A DNA stretch of 64,000 bases, taken from assembly GCF_963921235.1 (NCBI RefSeq), contig NC_086097.1, positions 176,950,001 through 177,014,000 on the forward strand. The letters are read 5' to 3'. The translations under genes were made by a program, and so were the position numbers. Shown here piece after piece: positions 49,326-61,300 of this stretch (position 1 is the first letter of the stretch; every line of letters begins with the position of its first letter). The notes below the pieces were generated by a model that saw only the letters and a program-made list of their open reading frames with translations, was not told the DNA's origin and ran no database searches. The stretch comes from Mobula hypostoma. Its lineage: Eukaryota.

Positions 49326-51692
49326 GTGACTCCCGTCTCCCCTTCCCCCACCACCACTCCGCAGCCCCGTCTCCCTCAGATCCCACCGTCAGCTCCTGGG
49401 CCCTCAGAGGCTCCATCTTCCTCTCACCCCAACCCTCCCCTTTCCATTGACACCACCAGCCTCCCCCCTCCCCTCTCTGATCCCAGCTCTCATCCGTGCC
49501 GGGTCTTTACCAACCCCTCCGACCTTCAACTGTCGGAGGCAGAACGCTCAGTTCTCAGTAAGGGCCTCATCTTTGTCCCCCTTCGCCCACACCTCAGCGA
49601 GTTCCGTGTTCGCCACGATGCGGAACTTTTCTTCCACCGTCTCCGTCTCCGAGCCTACTTCTTCGGCAAGGACTCTTCCACCCCCACCGATGACCCCTTC
49701 TCCCGTCTTCAACCCTCCTCTTCTTCATGGACACCTCGCTCTGGTCTTCTGCCTGCTCTGGATCTCTTTATCGCTAATTGCCGACGGGACATCAACCGTC
49801 TCGACTTCACCGCACCTTGTCCCCATTCCAACCTCACTCCTTCCAAACACTCTGCTCTCCACTCCCTCCGCACTAATCCTAACCTTATTATTAAACCCGC
49901 TGATAAGGGGGGTGCTGTTGTAGTCTGGCGTACTGACCTCTACCTTGCCGAGGCGCAGCGACAACTCGCGGATACCTCCTCTTATTTACCCCTCGATCGT
50001 GACCCCACCAAGGAGCACCAGGCCATTGTCTCCCACACCATCACCGACTTTATCCGCTCAGGGGATCTCCCATCCACTGCTACCAACCTTATAGTTCCCA
50101 CACCCCGCACTTCCCGTTTCTACCTCCTACCCAAGATCCACAAACCTACCTGTCCTGGCCGACCTATTGTCTCAGCTTGCTCCTGCCCCACCGAACTCGT
50201 TTCTGCATACCTCGACACTGTTTTATCACCCCTTGTTCAATCCCTTCCGACCTATGTTCGTGACACTTCTCACGCTCTTAAACTTTTCGATGATTTTAAG
50301 TTCCCTGGCCCCCACCGCTTTATTTTCACCATGGATGTCCAGTCCTTATATACTTCCATCCCCCATCAGGAAGGTCTCAAAGCTCTACGCTTCTTTTTGG
50401 ATTCCAGACCTAATCAGTTCCCCTCTACCACCACTCTGCTCCGTCTAGCGGAATTAGTCCATACTCTTAATAATTTCTCCTTTTGCTCCTCCCATTTCCT
50501 CCAAACTAAAGGTGTAGCTATGGGCACCCGTATGGGTCCTAGCTATGCCTGCCTTTTTGTTGGGTTTGTGGAACAATCTATGTTCCGTGCCTATTCTGGT
50601 ATCTGTCCCCCACTTTTCCTTCGCTACATCGATGACTGCATTGGCGCTGCTTCCTGCACGCATGCAGAACTCCTTGACTTTATTAACTTTGCCTCCAACT
50701 TTCACCCTGCCCTCAAGTTTACCTGGTCCATTTCCGACACCTCCCTCCCCTTTCTAGATCTTTCTGTCTCTGTCTCTGGAGACAGCTTATCCACTGATGT
50801 CTACTATAAGCCTACTGACTCTCACAGCTATCTGGACTATTCCTCTTCTCACCCTGTCTCCTGCAAAAACGCCAACCCCTTCTCGCAATTCCTCCGTCTC
50901 CGCCGCATCTGCTCTCAGGATGAGGCTTTTCATTCTAGGACGAGGGAGATGTCTTCATTTTTTAAAGAAAGGGGCTTCCCTTCCTCCACTATCAACTCTG
51001 CTCTTAAACGCATCTCCCCCATTTCACGTACATCTACTCTCACTCCATCCTCCCACCACCCCACTAGGAATAGGGTTCCCCTGGTCCTCACCTACCACCC
51101 CACCAGCCTCCGGGTCCAACATATATTCTCCGTAACTTCCGCCACCTCCAACGGGATCCCACCACTAAGCACATCTTTCCCTACCCCCCTCTCTCTGCAT
51201 TCCGCAGGGATCGCTCCCTACACAACTCCCTTGTCCATTCGTCCCCCCCCATCCCTCCCCACTGATCTCCCTCCTGGCACTTATCCGTGTAAGCGGAACA
51301 AGTGCTACACATGCCCTTACACTTCCTCCCTTACCACCATTCAGGGCCCCAAACAGTCCTTCCAGGTGAGGCATCACTTCACCTGTGAGTCGACTGGGGT
51401 GATATACTGCGTCCAGTGCTCCCGATGTGGCCTTTTATATATTGGTGAGCCCCGACGCAGACTGGGAGACCGCTTTGCTGAACATCTACGCTCTGTCCGC
51501 CAGAGAAAGCAGGATCTCCCAGTGGCCACACATTTTAATTCCACATCCCATTCCCATTCTGATATGTCTATCCACGGCCTCCTCTACTGTAAAGATGAAG
51601 CCACACTCAGGTTGGAGGAACAACACCTTATATTCCGTCTGGGTAGCCTCCAACCTGATGGCATGAACATCGACTTCTCTAACTTCCGCTAA
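49326..51692 (+). CDS. Penelope-like reverse transcriptase with C-terminal GIY-YIG endonuclease; stop-free, no N-terminal ATG, ~40-codon compensated frameshift
   Basis: IIKPADKGG, FYLLPKIHK, GRPIVS, TMDVQSLYTSIP, GVAMG, FLRYIDD, LPFLD, YYKPT, VIYCVQCSRCGLLYIGE. The frame stays open upstream to the element edge. Confidence 0.9.
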   Translation: MTPVSPSPTTTPQPRLPQIPPSAPGPSEAPSSSHPNPPLSIDTTSLPPPLSDPSSHPCRVFTNPSDLQLSEAERSVLSKGLIFVPLRPHLSEFRVRHDAELFFHRLRLRAYFFGKDSSTPTDDPFSRLQPSSSSWTPRSGLLPALDLFIANCRRDINRLDFTAPCPHSNLTPSKHSALHSLRTNPNLIIKPADKGGAVVVWRTDLYLAEAQRQLADTSSYLPLDRDPTKEHQAIVSHTITDFIRSGDLPSTATNLIVPTPRTSRFYLLPKIHKPTCPGRPIVSACSCPTELVSAYLDTVLSPLVQSLPTYVRDTSHALKLFDDFKFPGPHRFIFTMDVQSLYTSIPHQEGLKALRFFLDSRPNQFPSTTTLLRLAELVHTLNNFSFCSSHFLQTKGVAMGTRMGPSYACLFVGFVEQSMFRAYSGICPPLFLRYIDDCIGAASCTHAELLDFINFASNFHPALKFTWSISDTSLPFLDLSVSVSGDSLSTDVYYKPTDSHSYLDYSSSHPVSCKNANPFSQFLRLRRICSQDEAFHSRTREMSSFFKERGFPSSTINSALKRISPISRTSTLTPSSHHPTRNRVPLVLTYHPTSLRVQHIFSVTSATSNGIPPLSTSFPTPLSLHSAGIAPYTTPLSIRPPPSLPTDLPPGTYPCKRNKCYTCPYTSSLTTIQGPKQSFQVRHHFTCESTGVIYCVQCSRCGLLYIGEPRRRLGDRFAEHLRSVRQRKQDLPVATHFNSTSHSHSDMSIHGLLYCKDEATLRLEEQHLIFRLGSLQPDGMNIDFSNFR

Positions 51693-51986
51693 GGCCCCAC
51701 CTCCCCCTCGTACCCCATCTGTTACTCATTTTTATGCACACATTCTTTCTCTCACTCTCCTTTTTCTCCCTCTGTCCCTCTGAATATACCTCTTGCCCAT
51801 CCTCTGGGTCACCCCCCCCTTGTCTTTCTTCCCGGACTTCCTGTCCCATGATCCTCTCGTATCCCCTTTTGCCTATCACCTGTCCAGCTCTCGGCTCTAT
51901 CCCTCCCCCTCCTGTCTTCTCCTATCATTTTGGATCTCCCCCTCCCCCTCCAGCTTTCAAATCCCTTACTCACTCTTCCTTCAGTT

Positions 51987-52022
51987 AGTCCTGACGAAGG
52001 GTCTCGGCCTGAAACGTCGACT
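51987..52022 (+). ncRNA. Minimal type I hammerhead ribozyme in the Penelope pLTR
   Basis: agtc-CTGACGA-agggtctcggcct-GAAAC-GTC-gact: stem I agtc/gact, intact core, palindromic ACGT in place of stem III. Predicted cleavage after 52018. Confidence 0.85.
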
Positions 52023-52555
52023 GCGCCTCTTCCTATAGATGCTGCTTGGCCTGCTGCGTTCACCAGCAACTTTGATGTATGTTGCTTGAATTTCCAGCAT
52101 CTGCAGAATTCCTGTTGTTTGCACTTTATTCTGTATTCTGTTTTTATTTTCCCTTGTATTGCCTCGCAATATGCTGTTACACTGTTGTAACAAATAGATC
52201 TATATGAACAGCAGGGAAAACAGTTTGTCACTGCATCTCAGTACATGCGACAATAATAAACAGGTTTACTAACTCTCGTGTCTCAAAGTTCAAAGTTCAA
52301 GGTAAATTTATTATCAAAGTGCATATATGTCACCATATACAATTCTGAGATTCAGTTTCTTGTGGGCATGTTCAACAAATCCAATAGCCATAATAAAATC
52401 AATGAAAGACTGCATCAACAGGGTGGACAACCAGTGTACAAGACGTCAAACTGAGCAAGTACAAAAAGAAAATAATATAAATAAATAAGCAATAAATATC
52501 AAGAGCATGAGATGAAGAGTCTTTAAAAGTGAATTCCTAGGTTGTGGGAACAAAT

Positions 52556-52610
52556 AAGTGATCGTTCATTTCTGTTTATTCCACAAGTGATCGTCCATTT
52601 CTGTTTATTT
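52556..52610. repeat. 29-bp-period tandem duplication
   Basis: aagtgatcgt(t/c)catttctgtttatt occurs twice. Confidence 0.85.
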
Positions 52611-52629
52611 CACCGCTAAGGCATTTACA

Positions 52630-53625
52630 TGTGTTGAAGAAGGTGTTTCTCTCCTAGTCGGTTTGCTCCTGGGTCTGGCCAGGGTGGCCATCTATGGGAC
52701 CAGGTGGCAGACAACTAAGGGCTCTCTCTGAGCCGTCTGCCTGGCCCTCTTCTGGGATTAGGAGGAAGAGAAGATGGCGGAGCGATGGCAGTGCGCGCGG
52801 CCACTTCGGTGGTGATGTCTGTTATCTGTCAAGTAGGGGACCGTGCACAATTCTGATTTGATGGAGACAGACGTGAGAGTACGGAAGAACATCTGGAAAA
52901 CTTCTGAAATGCCCGCTTCGCTGCCACTGCTACCGTGTTGTAACCAGAATCTCCGGAGCAGAAGGCCCCGAAATCCTCGGCTTTGCGTGTTTCAGCGGCC
53001 AGGGCGAGGTCGAAGGCGCTCGGCAGAGGATAGCGCTCAGGAGGCTGTATCGGAAAGGCTGGTCAGAAGCTCGAAGTTTTCGGATGGATGGACTCAGTGT
53101 CAGCTGTAGTCGGCTGCTTCCAAGGCATCGGCAAGTTGACGGTGCCTGGAGGTTTATGGCAGGGAGTTTCTCCCTTTTGCCACCTGCTATCAGGGATTCG
53201 GGAGTCAATCAACTCGGAGACCTTTGAGACTTCATTTACCGTGCCCATGGTTTGTTCTTCATCAAATTATGGTATTGCTTTGCACTGCTGTAACTATATG
53301 TTATAATTATGTAGTTCTGTCAGTGTTAGTCTTTGGTTTGTCCTGTTCTCTGTGATATCACTCCGGAGAAACACTGTATCATTTCTTAATGCATGTATGC
53401 ATTTCTAAATGACAATAAAAACGGACTGAGTGTTCTCATAATCTAATTACATCCATGTCTGTGTCCCCCGGAGAAGGAGCATGTGGAATCCACGTGTACA
53501 ATAGGGAATTTCTGGAACTGGTAGGCTCAAGTGCATTCTCTGCTTAGAGATATCTATATCAATGTGAATCATAGAATGCTGTGGTATTGTAGTATTGTGA
53601 CGCTGTAATCACCCAATAAACCTCC
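52630..53625 (+). mobile_element. Old Tx1-like ORF2 C-terminal fragment split by retroposon copy C
   Basis: LLVGLLLGLARVAIYGTR...VCLALFWDY stops at 52760 and resumes after 53449 (IHVCV..EKEHVEST). Confidence 0.6.
52761..53445 (+). mobile_element. 685-bp non-autonomous retroposon, copy C (related subfamily) with TSD atta
   Basis: Starts ggaggaagagAAGATGGCGG; shares caattctgatttgatggagacagac and the 3' tail with copies A and B; atta at 52757-52760 and 53446-53449. Confidence 0.8.
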
Positions 53626-54839
53626 TGTGAAAAAGGGGGATAAAAGAGGGTGTTTCACCTGCAGTGTCAGTTATTCTGAGGTAACCCAGTACTATAGTGT
53701 TCAAATACAGAGGCACAGACATTTAGAGCAGAGAATGAGGCTATTCAGCCCACTGCATTCACACCTGCCAAAAACCGGAATTGGTATTGATCTTGCATGT
53801 ACTGAGATACAGTGAGAAGTTTTGTTGGCATGCCATTTGAACAATAGTATGTTGAAGTAATATGAAAGAATACTGAATGAAGAATGTGGTGTTACAGTTA
53901 CTGAGAAAGTTCAGTGCAGAAAGGTAATCAGGTGCATGGGCCATGACGAGGTAGATCGGGAAATCAAGTGTTCATCTTTAGCGTGTGAGAGATCTGTTCA
54001 AGAGTCTGCTAACAGTGGATCAGAAGCTGCCCTTAAGTCTGGTGATGTGTGTTCACAAACTTCTCTATCTTCTGTCCGATGGGATAGAGGAGATGAGAGA
54101 ATCATTGGGGCTGGAAAGATCCTTGACTGGGGTTGGATGACTGGAGTTGGCTGAGGCAGCAAGAAGTAATGGTTTAGCCAATGAAGGAGAGGTTGGTTTT
54201 CATGATGGGCTGTGTCCACAATTTTTGCAATTTTTATGGTAGAGCAGTTGACATACAAGCTGTAATGCATCTGGTTAGGATGTTTTCCATTGGGCATTTG
54301 TCAAAATTAATGGGAGTCATCAGGAATAATCATTCTAAGGAATACCCTTAGCCTTCTGAGAAAAAAAAGAGACCTTTCTAGCTACTTCCACTTCTAAGCT
54401 CCCACTGCAGTCCTGCAATATGGCTCCTCAACTTTATAAATGAGGCATAGACTCTCCCTCTGCCACCTTTTCCAGCTCTAAGCACACAATTTACTGAAGC
54501 ACATTATCCTTATCTTCTCTCTAATTCCTTGAACTTCAATCTCTATCCCCTAGATGCTGATGCCTCTATTAAAGGAAAGAGCTATTTCCTGTTCTCCCTA
54601 TCTAGACCTTTCACAATGAGGTAGAAAAGAGATTTATTTGAGGTGTATAACAATATTATACACTTCAATTAAACCTCTCACAACCATATCTGCAATCAGT
54701 CTCTCATTGCCACTATAGTTTTCCAGTTTTTGCAACCCTCCCCTCTCTGTTGTTATCGTGCCATCCCTGGTGACCAGAACCATACACAATCCTCCCCCTG
54801 TGGCCCATCTTCCATTTTATATAGCTCTACTGTTGGAAT

Positions 54840-55011
54840 GGCTCCAAAGGTAGTCATAGCCAAAGGGTGGTGGTGGGAACGAGCTCCCACTGCTAAACCA
54901 ATGCTCTTCATGGCGTGCATCTCAAACAGACTCTGACAACCAAGTCCAACTCCTGGCCTTCACATGTGGTATAGTTCCAACGCCCAGTGGAGCTGTTCTC
55001 ACTGACAGGAG
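54840..55011 (+). ncRNA. Candidate HDV-like self-cleaving ribozyme, probably partly decayed
   Basis: P1 ggctcc/ggagct with a first-position G-U pair, P2 ctcctg/caggag, P3 gcc/agt, L3 beginning ttcaca, J4/2 CTGA. Folded by hand. Confidence 0.55.
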
Positions 55012-55452
55012 AAGGGGCAAAGGTGAGCCACTGGCACCTTAAAACCAGTTGCTCCGGGCAGATGGGGCTCGTTAACCGTGGTGGTAGCTCATCTAGGAGA
55101 GGGAAAACTCCAATTTCAAACCTCCGCTGCTTTGCGGCTATAGCCGCTCACGGGAAAGGCCTTGGGAGTAAACCCCGAGGCAAACTCTGGAGTCGGAGTC
55201 CCGAAGGTGGCTGACTGCTGTACCCAGCACCGGCATGGCAACTCCTGCCATGCTGCTGGCACCAAACTGTATCGACTTTCGTCGTTCCTTTGGACCTGTC
55301 ATCAGCATGGAGAGGGGGTCCCACTGCATGGGCAACAGATGGATCTCCATATCAACTCTGCCCTGGCTTGCTCCCTGGAGAGGCCATTCCCCAGTGACTA
55401 CCGGAGGCGCAGTACCCATGGTCGACCACGACTCAACGGAGGCCACACACAC
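54841..55452 (+). mobile_element. 612-bp non-coding retroposon, probably RTE-derived, with a 12-bp TSD and (ca)n tail
   Basis: TSD actgttggaatg at 54829-54840 and 55453-55464. GC-richer than its flanks; no RT ORF. Confidence 0.85.
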
Positions 55453-55473
55453 ACTGTTGGAATGTCAAAACAG

Positions 55474-55640
55474 CGGCACAGCAAATCTGCCAATAGTGCT
55501 GCTGCCTCATGGTACCAGAGACCTGAGGTTGATCTTAACTTCTGGAACTGTATTTGTTGAGTTTACACATTCTGTGTGTCACAATACGGATTTTCCCCAT
55601 TTGCTCATACATCTCAAAGATATGTCGTTGATAGGTACAT
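55474..55640 (+). mobile_element. Degenerate tRNA-derived SINE (HE1/V-SINE-like)
   Basis: gctgctgcctcatggtaccagagacctgaggttgatc...gagtttacacattct, homologous to 25426-25567. A further piece lies at ~55940-56120. Confidence 0.6.
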
Positions 55641-57889
55641 CGGCCGCCGAGGTCAAAGTAAGTATCAGAATCTGTGGGAGTTGATTGGATTGAGAGAAAA
55701 CCAAAATAGGATTAGTGGGGACATTGGTTGATGGTCAATATGGATTCAATGGGCTGAAAGGTCTGTCTCGCTGCTGTTCGGTTCTATGACTCCAGCTCAC
55801 TTTGAAACTGAACTTGCCATCCATTGACAAGCAGTTCGCCTGCTGAAGCTGCCTCCCAAGGTCCATCGTAGAGTCGTTGAGTTATGCAGCATCAAAACAG
55901 GACTTTTAATCCAACTCAATCATGCCAACTAAGTTAGCCGTATTTCTGCATTTGTATGTTCTCTCTTTGGGTTTCCTCCAGGTGCTCCATTTCTCTCCAC
56001 ATCCCAAAGGCACTGGTAAGGTAATTGACAACTGTAAATTTTCTCTAGTCTGCAGATGACTGGTAAGATCTGGGACCACACAAAAACAAAGTGGGAAGAA
56101 TGAAAAATGGATTAGTGCAGGATTAGTGGGTGGTCAATCTTCCAGGATGCTGCCTGAATTAGAGAGCTTGCTTTATGAGGAAAGGTTGAGTGAGCTAAAC
56201 GTTTTCCTTTGGAACAAAGATGGATGACAGCTGACTTAATACAGGTGTATAGGATGATAAAAGGCCTAGATAGAGTGGACAGCCAGCATTTTTTCTCAGA
56301 GTACAAATGCCTAATACAAGAGTGCATAATTTTAAGGCGATTGGAGCAATTTATAGTGGGGATGTCACAAGTAGGTTTTACATAGAGATTGGTAAGTGCA
56401 TGGAGCATTAGATTGATCTTGGAGTAGGTTAAAGATTGGCAGAACATCATGGGCTGAAGATACTGCGATACTTTTCATTGCTTTGATTGTGGCATGGATT
56501 CTGTTGACTAAAGGGTCTGTTTCCTGCTGTAACTTTCTATGACTCTAGGCATTAAGACACAGTACATATGTCAAGGAAGTGATTTATAGCAAGGGAACAT
56601 ACTTCAAACTTTCACAAAGTCTTCGATGTTCCAGATTCTCTGACATTATTACATTATTGCAGACCAGGCAACTCTCCTGCTGATTCACGCTGCCAATATC
56701 TGCACACATAAGGATGCAGAGAAAACAGCATGCTCACATTTAAAGATTCATTAATGAGTTCCCCACCTGTCCCTAATATCAAAACATATTCTCTTCTTCC
56801 CCTCTTCCATTTGGCAGAAGATACAAAATCCTGCAAGCATGTACCACCAAACTCAAGGGTAGCTTCTATCCAACTGTTATAAAAATATTACTGCTTGGTA
56901 AGGCAACTGTTCGGCCCGTGACTACAAGGAACTACAGGGAGTTGAGGATACAACTGAACACATCATGCTTCTTTGAACACTTCTGGCCTTGGTAAAGCAG
57001 CCAACAAAATCCGAGACCCCACCCACTCTAGGTATTCTCCATTTGATCCTCTCCTTTTGGATAGAAGAATCTTTAAAGCATGTAACAGCTTCTATCCAGC
57101 TGTTCTAAGACCTTTAAATAGTCCCCTAGTATGATAAGATGGATTCTTGGCCCCATAATCTACTTTGTTATGGCATTGCACCTTATTGTCTGCCTGCACT
57201 CCACTTTCTTTGTAACTGTAACACATTATTCCACTTTTCTTTTGTACTGATGTTATGAAATCTGTATGGATGGCATGTAAAACAAAGTTTTCACTGTACC
57301 AATATACCAAATATATGTTCAGTGCAGGCATGTATTCCTTTTTCACCTTCTTATCCCTGTTAGGGATTTGTAAACAACATACAGGAATTTGCATGAGTTC
57401 TTAACCAAGTATGAGCATTCTTAGTGGGTAGTGGAACTCACAATCGACCACTGAGTCTGATCAGTGACCCCATTCGTCTACAATGTGTGCTGTAGTTTAA
57501 TGTACGCAGCAATTAGAGACTGGCTTGATGTGTACATCCCAACAGCAGTATTTGACTATATAGAGGACTTTTCCTCAGAGGGAACTGTTCAATGAGCAGA
57601 TCAAATATCAACAACAAAGCTTTGAACTTATTGGAAAGATATCCAAAAAGGATATTGTTCCACAAGAAGCTTTAGAGGCTCTGGGTCCTTGGTTTGTAAT
57701 GGAGTTAATGGTTTGGTGGAGGAATGTAGTTTTAAAACATCAGCCATGATTGAATCATGGAACAGACTCAATGGGGCTAATTCTGCTTCTATATGTTCTT
57801 ATAGTTTCCTTTAAAGTTTACAGATATGGAGGAAACCGCAAGGTCAAACAAGTTGGGGGCTCTGTTTATTGGGGTTTAGAAAATAAGAA

Positions 57890-58370
57890 CCCTCACTGTA
57901 GGAAGGATGCAGAAAATGTTCGTGAGGCTGCAGAAAATGTTCACAAAGATGTTGCTGGACTGGAGGACTTGGGTTATAAGGAGAGATTGGATAGGCTGGA
58001 TCTGTTTCCCTGGAGTGAGGGAGGCTGAGGGTGACCTTATTGCGTTTTATATAATCAAAAGGTGAATAATCATATTTTTCTGGGGTATGGGAGTGTAAAC
58101 GTAGATTGCATAGGCTTAAAGTGAGACTGGAAAGATCTAAAAGGGACTTGAGAGGCACTTTCTTCACACAGAGTTATAGGAATGTACAAACGTAGAACAA
58201 GCTGCCAAAGGAAATAGTAGAAGACAATTAAATGGCATTTGCATATGGATTGGAAAGGTTTAGATGGAAATGGGCCACATGCAAGCAAATGGGATTAGCT
58301 CATACTGGTCAGCATGGATGAGTAGGCCCATAAGGCCTATTCACATGCGAGGTAACTCTATGCTTATGAC
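57890..58370 (+). mobile_element. Degenerate CR1 3' fragment
   Basis: PHCRKD...GLEDLGYKERLDRLDLF followed by a CR1-like 3' UTR. Confidence 0.75.
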
Positions 58371-61300
58371 TTTATGACTATATGTAATACTGCAGATGTG
58401 GAGCGAATTCTGACTAGTTGAATTACAGCCTGTGTGGAGGTCCCGGTACACAGAATTGCAAAAGGTGGCAAGGGGGTTGTAGACTCAACCAGCTCCATCA
58501 CAGGCACAGCCCTCCCCACCATCAAGGATGTCTTCAAGTGGTTGTGCTTCATGAATGTGGCATCCATCACTGAGGGTCTTCACATGCTCTTTCCTCATTA
58601 TTACCATAGGGGATGAGTTGTATGAGTCTGAAAACCCACACTTGACAATTCAGAACCGTCAGATTTCCAAATGGTCCATGAACCCGTGAACTCCCTTTTT
58701 TTTATTCCGTTTTTATGCACTGTTTATTTATTTTAGTAATTTTATAACTTAGAACCGTACTGCGGCTGCAAAACAGCAAATTTCATGTCATACAAGACAA
58801 AGATAAAAAATGTGATTCTGTTTGAAACGTCTAAAATGCCAGAGAGGATAAACGCTGAGAAGCTGTTTCATATCATGGGAGAGACCAGAACCAGGAAGCA
58901 TGGACTCAGAGTAAGGGGAGCCCTTTTCAAAATCAAGATCAAAGTCCAGTTTATTATCTGAGAGACACACAAGGCTGCAGATGCTGGAATCACAATATAC
59001 TAAAGGTCTTCAGTAGATCTCTTGCTATAGGAGTGCAGTTTGTTGTCATATACTCAAGTACATGTACGCACAGATGCAATGAAAACATATTTGCAGCAGC
59101 ATCAGAGGTATGTAGCAAGAGTGCCAATACATTCACAAGAAAAGCTTAAATCATACAAAATTTTACAATAAAGAACAGATAAAGAATTTCTTCTCTCTGA
59201 AGGTTATCGGTCAGTGAGACTCATTGAAACAGAGAGCCATGCATTTACAGAGGGTGTATCTAATGGCTGGATAGTATTCAAATCAGTAAGGGGATCAAGG
59301 CTATTGAGAACAATCTGAAGAACAGGTTTGAGTATTAGCCACCATCCTATTGAATGACAGAGAAGGGTTGAAAGGCTGAGGTACATGCAGGCAGGAGATC
59401 CGAGGGCTGGTGACCTCCAAGTTGACGAGTCCAAGATGTGGAAGTCACTGTGAGTCTGAAGTTCGATGCCCAGAATTTTATGTCCCATAATCACTGAGCC
59501 CTGAAAAACCTACTTGCAGCAGCATCAGATAAGTAGCATTCAGAAGAAAAACTCAAATTAAGCAAAATTATACATATTTTACAAGAAAGAATACAATTAG
59601 AACAAAAAAGGTCCATTTTAGTGCAAAGTAATCAAAGTGCTCATAAAGTCACTAAACTGTCCCCCCTCAGTATCCTGTGTTCCAAAAACTAAAGATCTAG
59701 CCTGCCCAACCACTCACTATCCCTCACTAACCACTCACAGACCTCAAGTCCTGGCAACATTCTCGTAAATCTTCTTTGCACTCTTTCCAACTTAAAGCTT
59801 AGCAAAACTATGATCACTTTATCAATAGATATATTTTCAGCCTAGAGTTGTATTGGTGAATATTAAGCAATATTCCAGCTTGGGCATTGAAATTGATCTT
59901 TCAGAGTTTATTGGTTGAAAACAAAATCAGGCCCTGTGTATAAAATAAGGTAAAAATGTTTAAATGGATATATAAGAACATATTAGCAACATCAGCAGAT
60001 TCCTGAGTTTGAGCAGGAAAGTGTATCAATAAAAAAGCCTGAAGTGAGGTAATTACCATATTAATGTAATGGTAACTTGTTTCAATAAGATACGTTACTT
60101 CATAATTAACAGCTCAATTTGTGCAGCAAACAAAATGCTATTTTATTCCTCTTTTGGAGGGGTAATAATTATTAGAGAGGAGAGCAGCAAAACAGTCACC
60201 TTTAATAGCCCTGAAGCAATTTGTTAAGTGTCCCTCACACTTCTCTTTCAACCAACTAAGCACCAAATCTAATGCTACAAGAAAAAACCAGCACAGGAGC
60301 TCTTGTTATTTCCCAACTGGAGTGTGGATAACTAATGTATTCTGATCATTCTAAGCTGAAAATTGATTTTACATTCCCTCACAAAATTCAGATATAGTTC
60401 TTTATTGCCCATCCCAGACTGAGAAGGTGAGGGTGAACCACTGCTGTTCATCTGGTGAAGTTTCAGGATGGTGGGCGAGTTGAAGGAGCGGATTTGTTCT
60501 TAATACACATTGCGTTTTTTCTTCAGTTCTCCTCTTGACTTGTTGTACCAGTGCTGTCCACGCCAGCTAAACTCAGCTCTATGGATTCTGGGCATAGTTG
60601 ACTACTTATTTCTGGCATTGCACTAATGACAGCACACATTTAGTGGACTGAATTTTGGTGTTTGTAACGTCAATATTATTATGTATATGAATGAGTAATG
60701 GACATGAGGAGATGAAAAGGAAAGTTATGACACAATCTATGTGCGACACAGATTTGAGCTGATGCATCTTCTCCTTTTCCTCCTTATCCTTCTCTTTCTC
60801 CTTCCTCTTTTGCACTATCTATTTATTTTTGTAACTTGAGGTAATTTTTATGTCTCACACTGTATTGCTGCCATGAAACAATGAACTTAGAGTCATATAA
60901 CACTCCAGCACTGAGCAAGCCCTTTGGCCCATTTGGTCCATGCCAAACCATTAATCTGCCTAGTCACATCGACCTGCACTCAAGACCATCGCCCTCCATA
61001 CTCCTTCCATCCATGTCCCCATCCAAATTTCACAACACACTATACGTCAGTCACAATGAGCTTGATTCTGACTTTGATTCCTCTTCCCTCTGGGGATTGA
61101 GTGCCCTGCCACCAACCCAACCCCCGGCGCCAAAACCTCCCCCTCCAAATGCCAAATCCACATCATTTCCTGGAAGAGGGAACAAAGTTGGAAAGACAAT
61201 TGGGGAATCTTCCATAATATAAGAACATCATAAAAGTTAGGAATAAGGTTTGGCCAAACACATCTTTGCATGAGAACCACAGTGAGATTTTATTCCAGAC

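Larger units (their letters stand above)
49243..52121 (+). mobile_element. Young 5'-truncated Penelope-like element with a 17-bp TSD
   Basis: TSD cactttattctgtattc at 49226-49242 and 52122-52138. RT plus GIY-YIG ORF; 3' pLTR with a hammerhead motif. Confidence 0.95.

Noticed and set aside
49326..51692. Domesticated host gene or telomerase-like RT
   Set aside because: Bounded by a perfect TSD, lacks a start ATG, has pLTR and hammerhead features, and has a decayed paralogue in the same window; it is a transposon copy.
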